Source of the DNA: an uncultured Verrucomicrobiota bacterium
GTDB taxonomy: Bacteria > Verrucomicrobiota > Verrucomicrobiia > Limisphaerales > UBA9464
Length of the DNA stretch: 64,000 nt
Direction: 5' to 3'
NCBI GenBank assembly: GCA_903896505.1
Contig: CAITXU010000287.1
Span: forward strand, 21,308 to 85,307
Positions 55,542 through 64,000 of the stretch are shown here, one piece after another (position 1 is the stretch's first letter; each line of letters begins with the position of its first letter). The position numbers and the translations under genes are program-made. Below the pieces are notes generated by a model. It did no database searches, had not been told where the DNA came from, and was given only the letters and a program-made list of their open reading frames with translations.

Positions 55542-58500
55542 TTAAAGGTGAGTTGTGGTTGCACCGGATGTCTGGAGGACTCGATAGAACCGGCTGCTGA
55601 CGTTGGTGGGTTGGCTGTCCGTCTTGGGCGGACCGGAATCAATCCACTGAACGCGATCCACTGGGGCAACGATGGGAGGTTGAGCCGTCTTCCATGTTTC
55701 CAGGTCGCTGCTGTATTGGACGAAATAGGTGGCACCGGGTACGGCTTGGAATTCTATTACAAGGTGCCCGTTAACCATTGCCGGTGTTCTATCGAGGGTC
55801 AGCAATGTGCCCGATGGTGTTCCAATCGTCGACGTTCCAATGGGTACCACGGAAAAGTTGGTGGAGACAAATGCCTGTCGGGTCGAATTGAAGTATTCCA
55901 GGTTTAGGACGAGAGAGGCACCCGCAGCCAGGGGTTGACCGTAGGCGACATAGGGCACGCCATTGGTCGCCCCTTCCGCATTGTAAAGCACCACGTTGGA
56001 CGGGAGACCCGATACGAGCAACCACAGCCCTGGAACCAACTGTGCGGTGGGGTTTTGCACCTGGACTTGCTGTTCGTAGAGTCCGGTCTGCGGGTCAAAC
56101 ACCACTGCGCCCGCCTCAATCACGAGATTGGTCGTGGCGGGGGGAGGTTGAGTGACGGGAACCAAAACCGTCGCACTGTTGTTGGTCAGATCGGGATCGA
56201 CCACCAGGACTTCACCGGGAATCAAAGTGACCGCGACTGTGTTGGTCAACGTTCCGGGCGATTGCGGCGTGGCCATCACGACCAAGTTCGCGACTTCACC
56301 GGTTCCCAGGGCACTCAATTCCCAGTGGACAGATGGTCCCGTACGAGTGACCGACCCCTGACTGGCTTCTGTTGAAATAATCGGCTCGGAGGTGCCGAAG
56401 AGGGCATCGAGGTGAGCGCCTGGAGCGTCTGCGGGTCCCGCATTGGTCACAACAAGGGTGTACGTCACGATATCCCCCACCTGTGCCGAGGTCGGTACGG
56501 CTGAAATCGTCACCTGCAGGTCAGCATCGGTGGAGATGGGCGCGGTGGCCGTGTTCACCACAGAAGCAATCCGGTTGGTTCCAGTCGGGTCGACATCGGG
56601 AGTTGGACTCGTCACAACCGAATGGTTGGAAAAGGTGCCGGTCACGGACGGACGGGCGACCACCGTCAGGACAACGCTTTGCTGAGAGGCCAGGTTGGTC
56701 GCCGACGTGGTGACGATTCCGTTCGTGAAAATTGGAGGTGAAAAGGCGCCGAAGGCTTCACCGGTAAAGCTGGCACTGATGAAAGAAACACCAGGGTCCA
56801 GTGTATCGAGGAGTTGCACATTCTCCGCATCGGCTCCGAGATTCTTAAGTTTGACGGTGTAGACCACATTGCTGCCCACGGTGACCGATGCCGGATCGGA
56901 TGTCTCGGTCAGTTGCAGTTCTGTGGGCGGCTCACCGAATCCAAAATTGAGTTGGGAAATGGAATTCGAAGAAACCGTCACCGACTGGGTTTTGGCGGCA
57001 AACCCGTTCGGAAGGGCGGTCACCGTCCACGTGCGGCTGGAATTATTGGCGCCCAGAGGTGCCTGGCTCAGGGTGTAGAATCCATTGGTATCGGTTGTGG
57101 TCGCTTCCCCAAATTGACTGCCAATGAAGACCCCCGCGAGCGGCAATCCGGTGACTGCGTTGGTGACAAAGCCTACAATGCCGGCAACGGCCGTTTGCGG
57201 TGCCCCAAACTCGGTGGTGATGGTTGCCCCGCAGAAAATCGTCACCGTCCGGGACTGGGGGTTGTATCCCGGTGCCCGTGCGTAAACCGTGGTCTGAATG
57301 GGGGAGTTGTTGTTGCCAACCGTGATATTGGTTAGAATGAAGTTGCCGCTCGGGTCGGTAGTCGCCGTCAGTCCGCTGTTGACGGAGATGGTGGCGTTGG
57401 TGATGGGCTGCTGGGATACGGCGTCCACCACATTGCCGACGATGGTGGCTCCCGAACAAACCTTGATCAGGTCCAGATTGAGAAGGTTGGTCATCCCATT
57501 GGTGACCGTGGTGGAGAGCTCCAAAGGATAATAGCCGATCGGGCCGGCATAGACGTTCACGGGCGTCGGTGGATTCCCGGGATTCAGCCGCACCGGTCCG
57601 CTGAAATAGTGTCCCTGGGAGTCTGTTGTAATGGAACCAACGCCGGAAATGCCCAGGAAGACATTGGTGAGTGGCAACTGGGTGGCTGCATCACGCACAA
57701 ACCCGGTCACACCGCCGAAGCCGAACTTCAACAGGTAAATGTCCAATGCATTGGTCACACCGGCGGTCACAATGATGTTTGAGGAATTCAGAAAATATCC
57801 CGGAGCGGATGCCAGCACCGTCCGGAGCGAATTGGTCACCGTTCCGGTTCCCACAAGGATATTGGTGTAGAGATAAGCGCCGGTGGAGTCGGTCACCGCC
57901 GCTACGTAATCGATGGTGGCCGCTGCCAGGGGAAGCCCAGATTCCACATCGTAGACATGGCCGGCGATGGCACCATAGTTGTTTCGAGGGAAGGGGCTGA
58001 GATAGAGGGTCGGTGCAGCCACGGATTCTCCACAACTCGAAAGGACGATGTTCGTGCTGCTGGAATAGTAGCCCGGAAACGATGCTCCAACGCTGGTATT
58101 GAGGATCGCATTGTCCGTATTCAGCGTGATATCGGGGAAGAAATAGTTTCCCTGTTCATCCGTGGTGACTGACACCTAGCCGTGTCCGCCGTAAATATAG
58201 ACGAAGGCATTGGTTGCTGGTTGAAGGGTATCCGCCAGCAGTACCTGTCCGCTGACATTGCCACCACAGACCGGTACCAGTCGGACGTCGACCACCGCGT
58301 TGGAGTCCGCGATGATGGTCACATTGGTGTAGGCACTCCAATAATTATTGGTAGAGACCACCAATGAATAATTGGCCGGAACATTTCCATTATTCAGTGC
58401 CAAGTTCGTCACCTGATAATGGCCGGAGGCATCCGTGGTAGCTACTCCGCTCCCCACGCCGGACAGCGAGACACGGGCACCCGCGGCAGGCCCGCCTCCG

Positions 58501-59195
58501 GCAATCGTCACGGTTCCGCTTACCGATCCGTAGCGCTGGCGTAGCACCTGGAGATCGATTGGGTTGGTCACATTGCAGATCGCGTAGGAATAAACCGATT
58601 GGGAGGGAAAATAGCCTTCCGCGATGGCCTGGACATAATACGGCTGAGGTGAATTGTCGTCCCCCAGCGGAATGCCATCGATCAGGTAGGTTCCGTGCGC
58701 ATCGACTGGTTGATTAAAATAGTACGTCCGTACAGTGGCATTGGTGACGGGCAGACCTGTTTCAGTGTCAGTCACCGAGCCGGTGAAGGCGCCTGTGCAC
58801 AGCTTGATCAGGCCAAAATTGACGATGACACCACTGGAGGCCGTATTGGTGATGCCTCCGCCAATGGCGATGACCGACAGCGAAAACGAACCAATCGCGG
58901 CATTGGTGGCGGCGCTCAGGGTCAATACCGATGCGCCAGGAGGCTGAAGGGTTTGCGACGAAAACTGAGCGGTGATTCCCGATGGCAACGGGCCTGTCGC
59001 CAGTGCGACTTGGTTTGAAAACCCGTCGAGGGGGCTCGTGGAGATCAATAGTGACGACTGCCGCCCGGGAACAAGGGTCAGGCTCGACGGTTCCACGGTC
59101 AAAGTGAATTCCGGTGCGGCGATGGCCCTGAAGACCAATACGAGCCCCGCCAACCACCGCCATCCTCTCGGCAATCTGGCAAATACGTCTATCAT
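55542..59195 (-). pseudogene. giant surface protein (CarboxypepD_reg-like repeats, two DUF11 repeats, C-terminal FYRV domain) with in-frame TAG at 58176..58178
   Basis: ORFs 58176..59195 and 55542..58175 share one frame (..VYIYGGHG*VSVTTDEQGNYFF). Repeated x-TTD-x-x-G-x-Y units are present. DUF11 units are SDPASVTVGSNVVYTVKLKNLG and VPTSAQVGDIVTYTLVVTNAGP. Confidence 0.7.
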
Positions 59196-59360
59196 ATGAA
59201 ATTCCGTGTTATAGTCTCCTGCAGTTTAATTATGCCCAACGAAGGTTTCTCGTCAATAACAAGTCTGGGGTGTTCAAATCATCCGCTTTAAGTTCGCCTG
59301 CAAATTGGGAATTCGGGATAGACTTCCAGACAATAGCATGAATCCAATTTCCAAGATTCA

Positions 59361-59435
59361 AATGGAACCTCCTGAATAGCCGCAACATTGGTAGCGAGGC
59401 TCCTGCCGAGCCGCGGCGGTCCAATCAACGCTAGG
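59361..59435 (+). repeat. dispersed short repeat family A copy
   Basis: aatggaac...caacattggtagcgaggctcctgccgagccgcggcggtccaatcaacgctagg resembles 4863..4932. Confidence 0.65.
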
Positions 59436-59803
59436 TCCACAAGAGCGAAGCCAATAGACCGCCCGCAGGACCATCCGCCGACGCGACGCGAATAGCCCGA
59501 CCGGCGTTCGGCGGGAATGCCCCTGGAGGCAACACCCGTTCGTCGTTGTGTGGTCGTCGTCATCATTGAATCGGTTGGTCTAAAAGTCCGTGGCCTGAAG
59601 CCGGAGTCAGTCGTTATTCAGGTGCGTCAAGTGCAGCTCATCGTCGGGTTTTATGTCCGACAGCGATGCACCGCCTCATTATGACAGGCGTCGCTGCCGG
59701 AGAGTCAGGGACAGCATTCTTGAAAAAAATCCGCAGCCATGAAGAGACCTCCGGAAGGGTGTCATTCGTTGCAACGATTTCTTTCGATGACATACTCCTT
59801 CCC

Positions 59804-61090
59804 ATGCTGAGCAATCCCAGGTCCATTCATCGGTTTTTTTTGAGACTCAAGTCATGCCTCGCCGCGTGGTTTGTCGGTGTCGCTCTCCTGACCCCGCTCT
59901 GGTGCGCGGTGAGTGCGTCTGAACCTTGGAATCAGTGGCGCGGGCCATCCCGGGATGGATTGGTGCGCGGGAGCCGTTGGCCGGAGTCAATCGACACCAA
60001 TCACCTCCAGGTAAGATGGCGCGTCGATCTAGGCCCAAGCTATTCCGGGCCAATCTTTTGGGAAGACCGGGCGTACTCCACTGAGACCCTGAACAAGAAG
60101 ACCGAGGTGGTGAAGTGTTTTGACCTCACCTCTGGAAAACTTCTGTGGACCCAATCCTGGGAAGGGGCCGTGAGTGTCCCGTTTTTCGCAAAGTCGAATG
60201 GTGATTGGATTCGCTCGACCCCGAGTACCGATGGCGAACGGGTCTATGTCGGTGGGATAAGGGATGTCGTCGTTTGTCTGGAAGCGGCGACGGGCAATGT
60301 GCTTTGGCGGTACGATTTTGTTCAAGAGCTCAAGAGCAGTGTTCCCGATTTCGGTATGGTCTGTTCACCGCTTGTCGAGGGGGATTCGGTTTATGTTCAG
60401 GCAGGCGGAGGAGTGGCCTGTTTGGACCGGCTCACCGGAAAACTTCGGTGGCGGGCCTTGCAGGATGGTGGGGGGATGAATGGGAGTGCATTTTCTTCTC
60501 CGGTGCTGGCCGAGCTATTGGGGCATCGCCAAATCCTGGTGCAGGGACGCGAAAAGCTGTCGGGACTCGATCCAGTTGATGGGACCGTTCTTTGGAGTCA
60601 GCCAGTCGAAGCATTTCGGGGAATGAATATTCTGACCCCGATTGTTTACCAAGACCAGCTTTTCACGAGCACCTATGGCGGAAGGACAACGCTGTATCAA
60701 TTGACGAAAGAGCACGACCGGTGGGCGGTTTCAAATCGCTGGTCGCTGAAAGCCCAGGGGTATATGTCCAGTCCCGTAATCATTGGGGACGTCGCCTACC
60801 ACCATTTGAAGAGCGAGCGTTTCACCGCGATCAACCTCAAGACCGGCGCGGAGCTTTGGACCACCGAAGAGAGTTTTGGAAAGTATATGAGTGAGGTGGC
60901 CCAGAATGACCGGATATTGGCATTGGACCAGCGAGGCTGGCTTTATTTGATTCGGGCAAATCCGGAGAAATACGACTTGATCGAGAAACGAAGGCTGACC
61001 GAATCCGAGACGTGGGCGCATCTGGCAGTGGGTGACCATCTGTTACTCATCCGCGAGCTCAAGGCCCTGGTGGCCTACGACTGGAATTGA
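59804..61090 (+). CDS. secreted PQQ-like (BamB-type) beta-propeller repeat protein
   Basis: Signal peptide from the Met at 59804. Repeated G-x-L/V-L-W motifs occur (GKLLWTQ, GNVLWRY, GKLRWRA, GTVLWSQ, GAELWTT). Confidence 0.65.
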   Translation: MLSNPRSIHRFFLRLKSCLAAWFVGVALLTPLWCAVSASEPWNQWRGPSRDGLVRGSRWPESIDTNHLQVRWRVDLGPSYSGPIFWEDRAYSTETLNKKTEVVKCFDLTSGKLLWTQSWEGAVSVPFFAKSNGDWIRSTPSTDGERVYVGGIRDVVVCLEAATGNVLWRYDFVQELKSSVPDFGMVCSPLVEGDSVYVQAGGGVACLDRLTGKLRWRALQDGGGMNGSAFSSPVLAELLGHRQILVQGREKLSGLDPVDGTVLWSQPVEAFRGMNILTPIVYQDQLFTSTYGGRTTLYQLTKEHDRWAVSNRWSLKAQGYMSSPVIIGDVAYHHLKSERFTAINLKTGAELWTTEESFGKYMSEVAQNDRILALDQRGWLYLIRANPEKYDLIEKRRLTESETWAHLAVGDHLLLIRELKALVAYDWN

Positions 61091-61212
61091 TCGTGGATGA
61101 AGGAGGCGGTGCATCAAGGTGTAGGTGCTTGCCGCACGAAGGCCGAAAGCTTATAAGATATCCTATTGCTCTGCGACGAACCAAAGACGAGTTCAGAACC
61201 GAACCGCACAAG

Positions 61213-62282
61213 TTGAAAACGACATTTTCAGTCGTGATTGTCGCTGCCGGTCTGATGCTGCCGTGAGCGGCTCGTGCTTTGGAATCCTCCAACGGAGAGG
61301 GAATCACCAAGGACGACATGGCGAAAGCGCACCCTGCGCAGTTCTCACCGTGCGCGGGACGGAATTTCCCCACTCGCGTCCCTTTCGGCGATACCCATTT
61401 GCACACCGCCATTTCGGTCGATGCGGGTACCTTGTGCAGGGGCGGTCAGGAGGACGCCTTCCGCTTCGCTCGAGGTGAGGAAATATTCACCACTTATGGA
61501 CTTCGTGCCCGGCTCTCGCGTCCGCTGGACTTTATCATCATCTCTGATCACGCCGAGATGTATGGGCTGATGCCGCAATTGCTCAGCGGCGACCCTGAGA
61601 TTCTGGCGACGGAAAAAGGAAGGAAGTGGCACGCCGAATTGACGATTGGAAACTACGACCGGATTTTCGGCACGCCGATGGAGATCGTCGATTCACTATC
61701 GCGCAGGGAAACGTACGCGACAACCGGCCCCGAATGGTGGTCCGTTTCTTCAGCGGATGGGACTTTACGGTGGAGGATTCTGAGTCTCGGATGCCGGCAA
61801 CCGCAGGCTATTCCCGGGGCGTTCCAATGGGGGGCGATCTACGGAGGCAGGATATTGCCAAGGCACCGAGTTTCCTGGTTGCCGCAATGAAAGATGCCTA
61901 CAGTGGGAACCTCGATCGCATCCAAATTATCAAAGGCTGGCTTGGCGCGGACGGAAAAACTCATGAGAAGGTTTACGATGTGGTATGGAGCGGTGATCGG
62001 AAACCTGGTTCGGACGGAAAGCTCCCGCCGGTGGGCAACACCGTCAATCTGAGCAAGGCGACCTGGGAAAATACCATCGGTGCGCCCGAATTAGGCACCA
62101 CCTGTACGGACCCCGATTCCGATCCTTCGCAGCCCGCTTTTTACTACGCCCGGGTCATCGAAATCCGGACCCCGCGATGGACCGCCTACGAAGCCATTCG
62201 GTACGGTATCAAGATGCCGGATAATGTTCCGATGATCACCCAGGAGCGCGCGTACACCTCGCCTATTTGGTACAATCCGTAG
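61213..62282 (+). pseudogene. DUF3604 gene remnant (in-frame TGA, 1-nt frameshift, apparently missing central region)
   Basis: A TTG-started signal peptide MKTTFSVVIVAAGLMLP is followed by TGA at 61264..61266, then the same frame reads FGDTHLHTAISVDA..ISDHAEMYG. After RRETYATTGP the frame shifts at the C-run 61728..61731 to RMVVRFFSGWDF...QERAYTSPIWYNP. Confidence 0.7.
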
Positions 62283-62501
62283 CGCTGTGCCCGTTGCCCC
62301 AGATGCAGCAGGACTGGCTGTTGGTCTCGCCGCAGCCGTTGGAGGGAGGCTTCGCGTTGGCTAGGGGTGGCCATCATTGCAAGCGGAAAACCCCGGTTGG
62401 ATGCCGGGGGGCATGCGCTCCGTTCAACATCGGACTCACCCGCATTGGCGATGCCCAAGTCATTTGTTACAGGACCATGGCAATAAATCCGATCGATAGG
62501 G

Positions 62502-63536
62502 ATGCCAGGGCAGTCATCTGAAAACCCCTCGACTTTCATTTTTCGAGAAACAATCATCAGCCCACTAACAGTGATAACCAACCGCCAGATCCAACTTCTC
62601 CTCGGGGCCTCGTGCGCCTGTGGAATAATGTTTCAACCTTCCCTCAAAGCCGAAGAGGGTGGGACGGGCCATTACCTGCCAGGTTCCATCTCCTCGTTTG
62701 TGGACGGAACCCCTCCGGACCCCGCCTTTGTCGCGCGGTTCAATGGCGGCTACTGCAATGCCTCCCTCCCGGGATCACTTCCCCTTTCTGGAATCAGGCC
62801 CGCCCCCTTGAATGTCAATGCCGAGTCCTTCGGAGGCGGGTTGACGCTTCTCTGGCGGCCCAGCTTCGAACTGGCCCCCGGTCTCTCCTATGCAATGAAT
62901 GCGACGATTCCCTACGTTTCGCTGACGGTGGATGCCAACGTCGGTATCGGACCCGTGACAGTGCGACGTTCGAGCAGTGTGAGCAGTCTGGGTGACATCG
63001 TCCTCATGCCGTTGATGCTGAACTACGCCGTGACCGAAGACTTTCATGTCGATTTCCGCACGGGAATTTACGCGCCGACAGGTGACTACGAGGTCGGAAG
63101 GTTGGCCAACTCCGGCAAGAACTTCTGGACCGTCGAGCCGACTATCGGCTTTCTCTACTTCGGCAAGAAAAATGGCATTGAGGCGTCGGTCTATGCCGGA
63201 ACGGATTTTAACTCCGAAAACGAGGACACCCACTACAAGAGCGGGACGCAATTCCATTTGGACGGAACGGTGGCACAACATTTCCACCTACTTGGAGGAC
63301 TGACAGGTGTGGGGGTGGCCGGGTATTGGTACACTCAGGTGACCGGCGACAGCGGTTCGGGGGCTACTTTAGGGAGCTTCGAGGGATTCAGCACCGGCGT
63401 CGGTCCGGTGGTTTCCTACGCATGCAAGTTAGGAGGCAAAGATTTGGTCACTGAAGCGAAATGGCTGCACGACGTGGAAACCAAGAAACGGCTCGAAGGG
63501 GATTATGTCTGGCTGAGAGTGGTGCTGAAGTTCTAG
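62502..63536 (+). CDS. outer-membrane channel of the MetA-pathway-of-phenol-degradation-like family
   Basis: After the signal, AEEGGTGHYLPGS. The protein is beta-strand rich and ends in F. An alternative GTG start is at 62571. Confidence 0.55.
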   Translation: MPGQSSENPSTFIFRETIISPLTVITNRQIQLLLGASCACGIMFQPSLKAEEGGTGHYLPGSISSFVDGTPPDPAFVARFNGGYCNASLPGSLPLSGIRPAPLNVNAESFGGGLTLLWRPSFELAPGLSYAMNATIPYVSLTVDANVGIGPVTVRRSSSVSSLGDIVLMPLMLNYAVTEDFHVDFRTGIYAPTGDYEVGRLANSGKNFWTVEPTIGFLYFGKKNGIEASVYAGTDFNSENEDTHYKSGTQFHLDGTVAQHFHLLGGLTGVGVAGYWYTQVTGDSGSGATLGSFEGFSTGVGPVVSYACKLGGKDLVTEAKWLHDVETKKRLEGDYVWLRVVLKF

Positions 63537-63716
63537 GAAAGCATATGTTAACGGTCAACCCCGGGACGAAGGGAATGGCACGATGGGGAATGACCATCCT
63601 TGTCGAGCACAGGGGGCTTGGAATAGCGCGGTCGGAGAAGGCTATTGAAAAGGGCACCGACGATTCCACCAGTTTTCGCAAACGTTGAGACCAAATTACA
63701 AATCAGCAACAAAACC

Positions 63717-64000
63717 ATGAAATTCATCCAATTGACCCTGCTATCGCTGGCCACCGTGAGTGCAATGGGTAGGGGGCTGGCCGTTGACAAACCGGCGGTT
63801 ACGGACGAGGGGGAAATCAACGTTGAAGCGGCCTCCAAGGCATTTCCGGGACGCGGCTTTTCTCCGTATGCCAACCGGAATTATCCGGTGCGTGTCCTGT
63901 GGGGCGACCAACATCTGCACACCGGTTGGTCGGTGGACGCTGGTGCGTTTGGCTGCTCGCTTGGACCCGAGGAAGCTCTCCGATTCGCCCGGGGCGAGCA
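63717..64000 (+). CDS. DUF3604 protein (3' partial, runs off window)
   Basis: Hand translation gives MKFIQLTLLSLATVSAMG...GFSPYANRNYPVRVLWGDQHLHTGWSVDAGAFGCSLGPEEALRFARGE. It is a paralogue of the remnant at 61213. Confidence 0.7.
   Translation, partial: MKFIQLTLLSLATVSAMGRGLAVDKPAVTDEGEINVEAASKAFPGRGFSPYANRNYPVRVLWGDQHLHTGWSVDAGAFGCSLGPEEALRFARGE

Noticed and set aside
63548-63874. ORF 63548..63874 (-) of 108 aa.
   Set aside because: It is antisense to the start of the second DUF3604 gene, whose N-terminus aligns with its paralogue.
1-64000. tRNA, rRNA, transposase, integrase, prophage or cas genes that would delimit a mobile island.
   Set aside because: A scan for T-arm-like GGTTCGA/GGTTCAA contexts found only occurrences inside CDSs or without cloverleaf partners. 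No ORF shows DDE, tyrosine or serine recombinase, or phage structural motifs.

Overview
High-GC (about 57-60% on hand-counted lines) bacterial chromosomal segment. Gene content points to the PVC superphylum, most likely Verrucomicrobiota. This is inferred from the DUF1553/DUF1501 pair, an HX9DG pseudopilin, and giant LamG/Ig and CarboxypepD_reg/DUF11 surface proteins. The backbone is housekeeping and metabolism: dinB, LOG, cysK, sufT-like, glyQS, fucD, ispA, rsuA-like, holA, fba, glgB, yacG. Accessory and defence-type modules are interspersed: (i) a low-GC islet with a patatin-like phospholipase carrying an unrecognised C-terminal domain, broken by an in-frame TAA; (ii) a compact M-R-M type II restriction-modification cassette with a BglII/BstYI-like endonuclease; (iii) a GmrSD-like DUF262/DUF1524 type IV restriction enzyme; (iv) vapBC. 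The structure least explained by genes is a tandem array of 36-bp GC-rich hairpin units (47919..48230), starting 6 nt after a hydrolase stop codon. At least three dispersed short repeat families also occur, including a ~110-nt element present twice. Six accessory genes are visibly disrupted, with TAA, TGA and TAG in-frame stops, homopolymer frameshifts and internal deletions, while all housekeeping genes are intact. I recognised no rRNA, tRNA, CRISPR array, transposase, integrase or prophage genes. I cannot point to a complete, clearly novel multi-gene system. The best candidates for follow-up are the patatin islet, the hairpin array and the M-R-M cassette. All family assignments come from motif recognition by eye, not from database searches.
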